Shown: positions 30,680 through 38,933 of the stretch, in pieces | Position numbering within the stretch: the first letter of the stretch is position 1 | How the letters are laid out: each line of letters begins with the position of its first letter | Assembly: GCA_963701855.1 (NCBI GenBank) | Contig: CAVPBK010000013.1 | Coordinates: 1 to 64,000, forward strand | DNA: 64,000 nucleotides | DNA from: Nitrospirota bacterium | GTDB lineage: Bacteria; Nitrospirota; Nitrospiria; Nitrospirales; Nitrospiraceae | Reading direction: 5' to 3' | The notes under the pieces: generated by a model | What the model was told of the DNA's origin: nothing | The model's input: the letters and a program-made list of their open reading frames with translations, nothing else | Databases searched by the model: none | Made by a program: the position numbers and the translations under genes

Positions 30680-30765
30680 CGCCTTCATGGGTGCGATCCG
30701 GTTCGACCTTCGCGGGACCTACCGGGTTGCGGTTGCTCGGTGCTAGTAACACCGGGCAACCATTC
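30680..30765 (+). ncRNA. Predicted ~85-nt cis-antisense RNA
   Basis: Lies between the antisense promoter and a 12-bp hairpin GGTTGCTCGGTG/CACCGGGCAACC (30731-30761) whose G-U pair forms only on the plus strand. Confidence 0.5.
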
Positions 30766-30777
30766 CTACTTACATGA

Positions 30778-30853
30778 TGGTGGCGGGGGCCAGTCTCGAA
30801 CTGGCGACAGCCGGGTTAGTAATCCGGCGTTCTATCCCCTGAACTACCCCGCC
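30778..30853 (-). tRNA. Atypical tRNA / tRNA-like gene, anticodon ACT, short variable arm, encoded CCA
   Basis: 76-nt cloverleaf: GGCGGGG TA GTTC AGGGGATA GAAC G CCGGA TTACTAA CCCGG CTGTC GCCAG TTCGAGA CTGGC CCCCGCC A CCA. Confidence 0.85.
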
Positions 30854-30901
30854 ATTCATCTTGCTCTTCTCCATTGTTTCAAATCCATCCTACTATTGTT
30901 T

Positions 30902-30955
30902 AAAATAATATATATAATTGTTGACAATAAGTCAACTGTTTGTTATATATATTTT
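30902..30955. promoter_or_regulatory. Overlapping divergent sigma-70 promoters within an AT-rich quasi-palindrome
   Basis: Plus strand TTGACA(30921)-17-TATATA; minus strand TTGACT(30935)-17-TATATT; IR GTTGAC-N5-GTCAAC flanked by ATATATATAA/TTATATATAT. Confidence 0.7.
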
Positions 30956-30985
30956 AACTATTGTTATAAAAAGGATGGTGCAACC

Positions 30986-32113
30986 ATGAAAAAGAGAGAA
31001 AAAAGCGAAAACATTCAGCACTTCATAGTCGATAATCTCATGATTAATAAGGCCAATGTATCTGAGGCGTCGTCATTTCAGATGTCTCATCTTGCTCGCC
31101 TAACGGCAGATCATTTTCAAATTTCACGGGCGGCGGTCGCAAGACACATTGCCCTATTAGTGAAAAGAAATATTCTTAGTGCCTCTGGTAACACGAAGGC
31201 ACGAATGTATGCGCTAGTTCCTTCAGTTGACGAAAGATTCAGTCTTTCAACAGTAGGGCTACAGGAGGATGTGGTTTGGCGTGAAAGAATCAGCCCTTTG
31301 TTCTCCAATGATACCCCTGAGAACATTCTCACAATCTGTAATTATGGTTTTACTGAGATGCTGAATAACGCAATTGACCATTCAGAGTCTGACACCGTGC
31401 ATATCACTGTTACGGTCGATGCAGCACAAATTTTTATTTGGATTCGTGACTTCGGAATAGGAGTTTTTAAAAAGCTAATGCGAGATCTTCATTTACATGA
31501 TGCGCGTCACGCTCTGTTAGAGCTAAGCAAGGGCAAGCTAACCACTGCTGCGGGTGGGCATACCGGACAAGGGATATTTTTTACTTCGCGCATATTTGAT
31601 GAATATATGTTTTGGGCCAATGGGTTCTCATTTTGTCGCTTTGGCAAGGATGATGATTGGTTATTTGAGCCCAAAGATCCCCAAAAGGATCCTGACGTAG
31701 GCACGCTAGTTATGATGAGAATTTCTCTAAGGGCCACACAAACAGCGGGCGAAATTATGAGCCAATATTCATCAGAATTGCATGATTATGGATTTACGAA
31801 AACCCATGTTCCATTGGTGTTGGCCAAATATGAGGGAGAACAGTTGGTTTCTCGGTCACAAGCAAAGCGATTGATGTTACGCGTGGATCAGTTCAAGGAA
31901 GTCATGTTGGATTTTACGGGTATTACTACTATTGGGCAGGCGTTCGCGGATCAAATATTTAGGGTGTTTCAAGGCGAGCATCCAAAACTATTAATCGTTC
32001 CGATTAATGAGAATGAGGAAGTAAAGAAAATGATTACTCGGGCGAAGGGAGAGACGGTTGTAGAGCTTACCCCTTCCCTTTTTGATGCCATTAAGGATGA
32101 TCCAACCACATGA
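30986..32113 (+). CDS. wHTH + HATPase (anti-sigma-like) + STAS-like (DUF4325) fusion protein
   Basis: ISRAAVARHIALLV (HTH); TEMLNNAIDHS, DFGIG, GQGIFF (N/G1/G2 boxes); VSRSQAKRL..LDFTGITTIGQAFADQIF. Confidence 0.85.
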   Translation: MKKREKSENIQHFIVDNLMINKANVSEASSFQMSHLARLTADHFQISRAAVARHIALLVKRNILSASGNTKARMYALVPSVDERFSLSTVGLQEDVVWRERISPLFSNDTPENILTICNYGFTEMLNNAIDHSESDTVHITVTVDAAQIFIWIRDFGIGVFKKLMRDLHLHDARHALLELSKGKLTTAAGGHTGQGIFFTSRIFDEYMFWANGFSFCRFGKDDDWLFEPKDPQKDPDVGTLVMMRISLRATQTAGEIMSQYSSELHDYGFTKTHVPLVLAKYEGEQLVSRSQAKRLMLRVDQFKEVMLDFTGITTIGQAFADQIFRVFQGEHPKLLIVPINENEEVKKMITRAKGETVVELTPSLFDAIKDDPTT

Positions 32114-32243
32114 GTGATTTTCAAAATAGCCCACTACCGTCTAGAGCCCGCTTCCTTGCAATCCTGTCACAGGCTCGCTACCATATTTCGTGTAGATTCT
32201 GGTCTAATACCACGGTACTTCACCACAACAAGGCTGGTTTCCT

Positions 32244-33059
32244 GTGCCCTGGCAAAAAGCTTCAGGCTCCATTCAATGGTCGATCATCATTCCAGCTCAT
32301 AACGAGGCTGCCCGCATTTTGCCCTATCTTCGAAGCATCACCTCATACATGCAAGACCGAGGACAGCCTTACGAAGTTCTCGTGGTTGACGATGGCAGCA
32401 TCGATGCCACGGCTTCCATTGTGGAAACCCTGGCTTCTACGGCCCCAGAAGTTCAATTACTGAGGATACCACTGCGCCGAGGTAAAGGCGCAGCCGTACG
32501 GCGAGGGATGCACGCCGCCGTCGGACGACTACAACTCTTTACCGATGCAGACGGCGCCACTCCAATTCAGGAACTCGCCCGGCTTGAGGAAGCCATGGCG
32601 AATGGAGCTGACGTGGCCATCGGATCGCGCTCACTTGCCTCCCGGTTACCGGACTATGCAGTCCAGGCTCGCTGGTATCGGACCATTTTGAGCAGCCTGT
32701 TCAATTCACTCATACAGAAGAAGGGCCTCAGAGGGATCGCCGACACGCAATGTGGATTCAAACTGTTCCGTCAAACTGTGGCAGCAGACCTCTTTGGAGT
32801 CTCTTCAATCGACGGCTATGGCTTCGACCTCGAACTGCTCTATGTGGCGCAACAACGCGGATACCGCATTGCAGAAATTCCGGTGAATTGGTCCCATCAG
32901 CCCGGCTCAAAATTTCGCGTCTTCAGAGATGGGGTCGCCATGCTGCGCGAATTGGCTGTGATCAGACGGAATAGGGCCAAGGGCTGCTATGCGGCTCCAT
33001 CACACCCAAGGGATTTTCATCCGACCCCAGTCAGCCGACTCGGGCTCCCTCCGCAATGA
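32244..33059 (+). CDS. GT2 glycosyltransferase, dolichyl-phosphate beta-glucosyltransferase-like
   Basis: IIPAHNE, VDDGS.D, GKGAAVR.G, DADG, DTQCGFKLF. Confidence 0.9.
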   Translation: MPWQKASGSIQWSIIIPAHNEAARILPYLRSITSYMQDRGQPYEVLVVDDGSIDATASIVETLASTAPEVQLLRIPLRRGKGAAVRRGMHAAVGRLQLFTDADGATPIQELARLEEAMANGADVAIGSRSLASRLPDYAVQARWYRTILSSLFNSLIQKKGLRGIADTQCGFKLFRQTVAADLFGVSSIDGYGFDLELLYVAQQRGYRIAEIPVNWSHQPGSKFRVFRDGVAMLRELAVIRRNRAKGCYAAPSHPRDFHPTPVSRLGLPPQ

Positions 33060-33098
33060 AATCCCCCGCAAAATAACCGAGCGAGACAGGCGAGACTT

Positions 33099-35000
33099 GT
33101 GAAGATGAAATATCCGACCCCTCCCGCTTTTCGCGCGAGTCTCGCGCAAATAACGCGATGGGCCACCCTCGTGTGTCTCCTCATTTCAATAGGCGGGCTG
33201 TGGGGATGCGAGAAACTAACCTCGGCGCTTCACCGAACCTCCTTACCAGACATGGGCCCGCGTCTAGCCAACTCCGTCAAGCTAACTTTCGACCCCTCCT
33301 TCACCAATCTCAAGATGCAATACGTAGATGGATGCAGTAGCCCTCGCGATCTCAACGTGGGGGAAGAAGTCGAATCGATTATGATTGACGCGGCTTCCCA
33401 AAACTTTACGGCCGTGACCGTCATCGGTGGAATCCCGGCACAAATCCAGCCTGACACGGAGATCGTAGTCACGCTCCAACGCTCAGGCCTCAAACTTTGG
33501 GCTGATAATGTCTACGACAGGGTGCCTGCGGACATGACCCTTGAGGCGCGGGTAACCCTGAAGGATGCCAGGGGGAAAGAGCTTGGCCAGCAGACCATTT
33601 CCATCACACACAACCAACGCCTTATTCTAGAACCGGCCATACGCCGATGCGATTATGGCAATATAGGGGAGTTCGTACATGACGCCGGGATTGCACTCAC
33701 AACGCAATTCATGCGCACCGTTCGAACCCAGTTGGCAGCAACGGGCGGAACCGCTCCTGCACCAGTGGCAGCATCGCCTGTGAAACCAGTCCCGCCGACA
33801 CCGACCATACTATCCCAAGGCGCTCCATCGACACTTTTTTTTAAGGCCACTCTGCTGGACGAGAACAGCAATTTGCTCTTTGAAGGAGGCGAGCACATTC
33901 GGGTACGCATCGACCTCGTAAACGAAGGAGAGCAGGAACTACAGGGTGTCACAGCCGCCTTGACGGGAACCGCCTCGCTGCTCGCCCAGTTTCCTGCCAG
34001 CTCGCTGGCGATCGGACGACTGCAACCGGGCCAATCCCGCTCGATCGAATTTGTGGCGACGGTACCGCCGTCAATGCAACAGCAGAAGGCCGAAATCCAC
34101 GTGGCAGTCTCTGATTCTGGAACCCATGCTCAGCCGCTGACTCAAACTCTGGCCCTGACGATCCAACCAACCGGCATCAAGGCCGATGACGTAGATCACA
34201 TCCCTCCTGTGCTCACCGGATTTCGGCAGCCCCATACCTATTTGATCTCAATTGGGATCGGATCCTACCGAAACCGGCAAGTCCTATCCCGCAAGTTCGC
34301 TTCCTTGGATGCCCAGGTGGTCTCGAACTATTTTCAGGCCCTCGGTGGCTTACCGGCTTCCAATATTCTTCTACTGCAAAACTGGAAAGCCTTACGCTCT
34401 GATATTGACGAAGCGCTGCTGGATTGGCTGCCACCTTATATGAATAAGGACGCGGTTGTTATTGTCTATTTCGCCGGTCTAGCTTCGGTCTCTTCGACGG
34501 GAGAGACGTTCCTGATACCGTACGATGGAATCGCCACGACCGCCTCAAAGGCCTACTCGATCAAAGATTTGGAGGCAGCGCTGGCTCGATTGAAAGCGAA
34601 ACAGACAGTATTTCTGTTCGATGGCATCGTGTCTCGCATGGAACCGGATAACCGAACTAAGATTGCCCGGCCTCAATGGAGTCCCACGGGAAGCTCGACC
34701 ATCCATGTCATCGGGACCAGCGGCATCGGGCAAGGGTTAGAGGATGACCAGCATCAGCATGGCCTATTCACCTACTATCTGCTGCGAGCACTGCGTGGTG
34801 AGGCCGACACCAACCGGGACGGCGACGTGACGCTCGGCGAAACGGTGACCTATCTCAGCCAGAAAGTGCGCTGGGCATCCAAAACCCGCATGAACCAGGA
34901 GCAACGCCCCTTTGCTGTTCCGGCGATTCTCCCAACCGATCCTTCCGCTGCCTTGATTTTGACCAAGCAAGCTGCGATCCAGGGCACCGAAGCTCACTAA
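33099..35000 (+). CDS. Lipoprotein with Ig-like domain and C-terminal caspase-like (C14) domain, catalytic dyad apparently lost
   Basis: LWGC lipobox; ISIGIGSY, YFAGLA, FDGIV, HGLFTYYLLRALRGEADTNRDG. Confidence 0.8.
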   Translation: MKMKYPTPPAFRASLAQITRWATLVCLLISIGGLWGCEKLTSALHRTSLPDMGPRLANSVKLTFDPSFTNLKMQYVDGCSSPRDLNVGEEVESIMIDAASQNFTAVTVIGGIPAQIQPDTEIVVTLQRSGLKLWADNVYDRVPADMTLEARVTLKDARGKELGQQTISITHNQRLILEPAIRRCDYGNIGEFVHDAGIALTTQFMRTVRTQLAATGGTAPAPVAASPVKPVPPTPTILSQGAPSTLFFKATLLDENSNLLFEGGEHIRVRIDLVNEGEQELQGVTAALTGTASLLAQFPASSLAIGRLQPGQSRSIEFVATVPPSMQQQKAEIHVAVSDSGTHAQPLTQTLALTIQPTGIKADDVDHIPPVLTGFRQPHTYLISIGIGSYRNRQVLSRKFASLDAQVVSNYFQALGGLPASNILLLQNWKALRSDIDEALLDWLPPYMNKDAVVIVYFAGLASVSSTGETFLIPYDGIATTASKAYSIKDLEAALARLKAKQTVFLFDGIVSRMEPDNRTKIARPQWSPTGSSTIHVIGTSGIGQGLEDDQHQHGLFTYYLLRALRGEADTNRDGDVTLGETVTYLSQKVRWASKTRMNQEQRPFAVPAILPTDPSAALILTKQAAIQGTEAH

Positions 35001-35004
35001 CTAG

Positions 35005-35170
35005 CAGGAAACTGAAAAAGTTCGCCAGCGGCGTTCTCGCTTCGTTCAGACCCTCAACGTACCGCAAGAGTACGCCTCATGTCTTCACTCGCTGCGGCCT
35101 TGCTTGGGACAAGGGTGTCTCGGCGCGCCAGGGTTGGGTAGGCGAGAAGTCCGACCTTTTGAGCATCCTG
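35005..35170. repeat. Palindromic intergenic repeat / MITE-like element, copy 2
   Basis: CAGGAAACTGAAAAAG ... CTTTTGAGCATCCTG termini, preceded by CTAG; internal motifs shared with 10773-10894. Confidence 0.7.
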
Positions 35171-35282
35171 AGGGATTACGCTTCTGTTACAGTCGCTCTC
35201 CTCATCCGCCGAACCCCGTCGCGCCGCACTACGCCTTTCCCTTCCACGGATGTTCAACCAGACAGAGTCACACGGTCTGAAG

Positions 35283-35319
35283 AAAAACAGAGGGTGGAGG
35301 ATTCGATCCTCCACCCTCT
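35283..35319 (-). terminator. Intrinsic terminator after cytochrome c
   Basis: IR AGAGGGTGGAGGAT/ATCCTCCACCCTCT with T tail on the minus strand. Confidence 0.8.
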
Positions 35320-35341
35320 TAAACTGACACCTGCGATGAAA

Positions 35342-35788
35342 CTACTCGCCCTTACAGAAGGTCCGCTCGTAGTTGATGATCAGCCAGGCTTCCTCTTCCG
35401 TGATAATTGCTGGGGTCAAGGAGATCATGCCTGTGCCGGCACTACCGTTCTTAATCACCCAGAATAATTCGCCATCTTTCCGCTTCTTATGGAACTTACA
35501 GTTCGTGAAATCGCGGGGGCTCGGATTGAGAACCTTCCCGGCTTCGCCCTGGCCATCCCCGTTCTTGCCATGGCAATTGAAGCAGGTACCCTTACCCTCG
35601 AAGAGTGCCTTTCCTTTTGCAATGCTCTCTGGAGTCGAAGCAATCGGATTCTTGTTGGCCTTCGCGTCGGCAATCTGATCAGCCGGGACACGGGCCTTGA
35701 GTGGATCCTTCTCCTCGGCTCCCACTACTGAAACCGACAGCATGATCAACGCTGCGCTGATTCCCAGAAACTTAGCAAAATGCCCCAT
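35342..35788 (-). CDS. Periplasmic monoheme cytochrome c
   Basis: Signal peptide, CFNCH, distal Met (GTGM), RBS GGAGG. Confidence 0.92.
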   Translation of the reverse strand: MGHFAKFLGISAALIMLSVSVVGAEEKDPLKARVPADQIADAKANKNPIASTPESIAKGKALFEGKGTCFNCHGKNGDGQGEAGKVLNPSPRDFTNCKFHKKRKDGELFWVIKNGSAGTGMISLTPAIITEEEAWLIINYERTFCKGE

Positions 35789-36199
35789 CAGACTTCCTCC
35801 TTTGTGTTTAACCACCGCATGTGAACCCGGCATCGGGCCACATGGCTCATGAGATCCATGTTAAAGCGACAAAACGCGGGCGAATATAACAATGGCCTTC
35901 CACTCATGTCAAGCAATCCAGGGTGCGATCGGAAAGTCTCCACACTCCGCCACTCCTTCACCACTTCACAATCTCGTTCTCGGCCCCATACTCACTTCCG
36001 CACAGTCTGACTTTGCTCAGTCCTACCAAATACTGATCAAGGTTCGTGCCAGAACACTCTCACAGCAAGGCATGATATTCCAGCTAGTTAGGGCATTTAG
36101 AATCACGGCAATCTCAGAAGTCTCAATAGGGTGGCACCATTGCGCCTCAGTCCTTGCTGTGGCGCCCCATTCTTTGATATCCCACACCTGTGCAGCTTC

Positions 36200-36305
36200 T
36201 ATTCGGTCTGTCTGCCTAGTTTGCTTAGTCTGTCTGGTTCTTTGGTTGAACGAAACTAACCAGGTTAACCAGACGGACCAGACAGACTAGATAACCAGAT
36301 AGACC
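36200..36305. repeat. Degenerate 9-nt tandem repeats arranged as an inverted pair
   Basis: (GTCTGTCTG/GTTTGCTTA)n followed by (ACCAGACAG/ACCAGATAG)n; a similar tract lies at 27980-28030. Confidence 0.6.
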
Positions 36306-36368
36306 GGGCGTATCCGAGGCGGGTGCGAAGGTCACATACTGTGACCGGATGAACGGGCTAGAGGACGG

Positions 36369-37319
36369 TCAGCGTTTGATGACAATATCGCGGGCAACTT
36401 TTCCGCTTGGGCCGAAGGGTTTTTGAGGTTTGCCGTTGAGTTCGGCCTTGACGCCTCCGGCGTTGCCAAGCGTCAGGATAAACTGGTCTTGGCCTTTCCA
36501 TCTGGCCTTTTCTCCAGGCCGGAGCAAAGCCTCTTGAGGACTGCCGCCATCGATTTGAACGACGACCCAACTCAGCTCTGTCGCCTCAAGGTCGAGCGCC
36601 AACTGTCCCTCCGTTGCTTCAGACCCTTCAAGTGAAATTCCCCCCAGAGGTCCATCACTCCCAAGCGACGAAGGAGCCGGAACCGCAGGTTCATGCGCAA
36701 CCGAAGCTGTAGATACTGAACCGGTCACTGGCCCAGCATTACGTCCACCTTCTTCACTTACTTTTGCTGGCACGGCAGGAGGTTCGCTTTGTTTAGTCTT
36801 GGGAAGGGCCGGTGGAGCCGGCGGAACCACCTCGGTCTGCTGGATTGGGGGCGTGTCCTGAGATTCTGGAATCGTTGTAACGGTCCGCTTGGATGAGGTA
36901 GGTGGAGTGTCTGAGCTCGAACGACGGACCAGAAGCGACGACTGTTCCCGGCTTAAGAGGAAGATGAGCGTGAGGATTGCGATGCCGATCGCGATCGCGA
37001 CGGCCTTTCGATTGGATTGGCGCTTCCGCTCTTCTTCTGCCTGCCTGACTTTTAAACGTTCCCGCTCGCCTTGCTTGTCGTAATAGGCGCCTGCCGATTG
37101 TGCGAATCGGTGGATCGCATCGTCTTCATCGAGTCCGAGGGACCGGGCATAGGACCGGACAAACCCTCGCGCAAACACTTGATCGGGCAACTTGGCGAAA
37201 TTTCCATCTTCCAGCGCCTTCACAAAATCAGTTCGGATTCGCGTCTTGGACGCGACTTCATCGATGGTGAGCCCCTTGGTCTCTCGCACCTGTTTAAAAA
37301 ATTCGCCGATCGATTCCAT
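36369..37319 (-). CDS. rodZ: RodZ-like protein (HTH + TM + DUF4115)
   Basis: N-terminal XRE HTH with FARGFVRSYAR, one TM helix, C-terminal LGNAGGV. Confidence 0.85.
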   Translation of the reverse strand: MESIGEFFKQVRETKGLTIDEVASKTRIRTDFVKALEDGNFAKLPDQVFARGFVRSYARSLGLDEDDAIHRFAQSAGAYYDKQGERERLKVRQAEEERKRQSNRKAVAIAIGIAILTLIFLLSREQSSLLVRRSSSDTPPTSSKRTVTTIPESQDTPPIQQTEVVPPAPPALPKTKQSEPPAVPAKVSEEGGRNAGPVTGSVSTASVAHEPAVPAPSSLGSDGPLGGISLEGSEATEGQLALDLEATELSWVVVQIDGGSPQEALLRPGEKARWKGQDQFILTLGNAGGVKAELNGKPQKPFGPSGKVARDIVIKR

Positions 37320-37329
37320 GGGTTTCTCT

Positions 37330-38019
37330 CTATGGCTTAAGCCGTGTCAGCAATTCCTTCGCGGCTGCCGCATGCTCACCACCCTTATCGAGTGTCGTCA
37401 CCTTGGTCAGGGTTTCCCTTGAGCGTCGTTCGAACCCCAGCTTATAATACGCTCGCCCCAGCTCCAAATATAGTTGCGCTGGAGGAACATTGGGAGGATT
37501 GACCACTAAAGCATCCTCAAATGCCTCTATCGCTCCCTGGTAATCATTCTCGTGAGCCAGCGACCGTCCGAGATGGAATCGAGCCAGGTCCGGCGTTGCA
37601 TACAACGGATTAGTCAGCGCCTGACGGAATGCCGCGATCGCTTCCGTCCACCGTCCCTGTTTCTCCAAGATCTGGCCCAGATAGGTGTACGCTTCCGAGT
37701 AATTTTCATCGAGCTTCGTCGCGGCCAGAAATTCTTCCTCGGCCTGGGGTAACTTCCCCTGCAACGCCAGAATATGGCCGAGCCCGTATCGTGCCTCTTT
37801 ATTGTTCGGATCGAGCTTCACGGCCTTCTGGAACGACACAAAGGCCTTCTGCTTATCGTGCTCCAGGCTCGCGACACCTTCCTGGTAGTACCCTTTTGAC
37901 TTCTGTACCGAACCTTCCGATGTGGCACAGCCTGGCAGCCATCCGATCAACAGGGCCAACACAAGCAATGGACCCGCCAATGCTCGAACAATCGAACCGG
38001 CAAAGAGATTCTGCATCAC
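37330..38019 (-). CDS. TPR lipoprotein, PilF/PilW-like
   Basis: LPGC lipobox, TPRs, NPLYATP motif, adjacent to rodZ. Confidence 0.75.
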   Translation of the reverse strand: MMQNLFAGSIVRALAGPLLVLALLIGWLPGCATSEGSVQKSKGYYQEGVASLEHDKQKAFVSFQKAVKLDPNNKEARYGLGHILALQGKLPQAEEEFLAATKLDENYSEAYTYLGQILEKQGRWTEAIAAFRQALTNPLYATPDLARFHLGRSLAHENDYQGAIEAFEDALVVNPPNVPPAQLYLELGRAYYKLGFERRSRETLTKVTTLDKGGEHAAAAKELLTRLKP

Positions 38020-38930
38020 GAAATATCCTCGAAATGAGTCAACTGCTTAAATGCTCGAAACCGTTCTTGAATCTCTTTGTAGTCCAGGATTCGCAAACGG
38101 TCAAGACTAAAGGATTCTACCGCAAAAGACGCCATGACGCTCCCAAAGATAATCGCCTGCTTGAAGGCCTCGACCGAACGATTGCCGGTGGCCGTCAAGT
38201 AGCCCAGGAAACCGCCGGCGAAGGTATCCCCTGCACCGGTAGGATCGCGCACGTCTTCAAGTGGAAAGGCCGGAGCCCCGAACACCTGCTTCCCGTTGAA
38301 CATCAAGACCCCATATTCACCACGCTTGATGATGAGGTGCTTGGGTCCACGCGCGAGTATTTTTTGTGCGACCTTCACCAGATTTGTATCTTCGCCGAGT
38401 GCCCGGGCCTCCCCATCGTTAATGATGAGAATATCGACCTTCTCCAAGACTCGCCACAATGCATCGCGCTTGCCGTTAATCCAAAAGTTCATCGTATCGC
38501 ACGCGACTAAGGGCGGACGCGGAAGCTTCTGCAGCACATCCAACTGAAGCTCCGGATCGATATTGCCCAAGAACAAAAGGTCCGGGGATCGATATGCCTC
38601 GGGAATCTTTGGCCGAAAGGTTTCGAACACGTTGAGTTTCGTATCGAGCGTATGCGCTTCGTTGAGCTGGTGCGTATACTCCCCTTTCCATCGAAACGTC
38701 GCCCCTGGCCTCCGCTCCAACCCAGTCAAGTCGATGCCACGGCTCTTGAGAAAGGCCAAGTGTTGCGGGGGAAAATCTTCCCCCACCACAGCAATGAGAT
38801 CCACGCTGGTAAAGTAACTGGCCGCGGTTGAAAAAAATGTAGCCGAACCTCCAAGAGCCTCACTGACCTCCCCGAATGGTGTTTTCACCGTATCTAATGC
38901 GACCGACCCGACGACAAGCAGTTTTCCCAT
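38016..38930 (-). CDS. PfkB family sugar/nucleoside kinase
   Basis: GSVALD, GGSA, DPTGAGDTFAGGF. Confidence 0.92.
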   Translation of the reverse strand: MGKLLVVGSVALDTVKTPFGEVSEALGGSATFFSTAASYFTSVDLIAVVGEDFPPQHLAFLKSRGIDLTGLERRPGATFRWKGEYTHQLNEAHTLDTKLNVFETFRPKIPEAYRSPDLLFLGNIDPELQLDVLQKLPRPPLVACDTMNFWINGKRDALWRVLEKVDILIINDGEARALGEDTNLVKVAQKILARGPKHLIIKRGEYGVLMFNGKQVFGAPAFPLEDVRDPTGAGDTFAGGFLGYLTATGNRSVEAFKQAIIFGSVMASFAVESFSLDRLRILDYKEIQERFRAFKQLTHFEDIS

Positions 38931-38933
38931 GGC

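Larger units (their letters stand above)
28952..32138 (-). mobile_element. IS1-family cargo-carrying transposon (3,187 bp)
   Basis: Perfect 17-bp TIRs GGTAGTGGGCTATTTTG (28952-28968) / CAAAATAGCCCACTACC (32122-32138); flanking 9-mers match 7/9; internal DDE transposase; AT-rich cargo. Confidence 0.88.

Noticed and set aside
30778..30853. tRNA as an integration (att) site or an amber suppressor for the TAG at 54789
   Set aside because: It is internal to the TIR-bounded element with no duplicated 3' end in the window, and CTA is off-register in the loop (positions 34-36 are ACT).
30665..30985. 107-codon N-terminal extension of the HTH-HATPase-STAS ORF, and the 30752 start for the transposase
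   Set aside because: These extensions run across the tRNA, promoters or leader; the SD-supported starts are 30986 and 30634.
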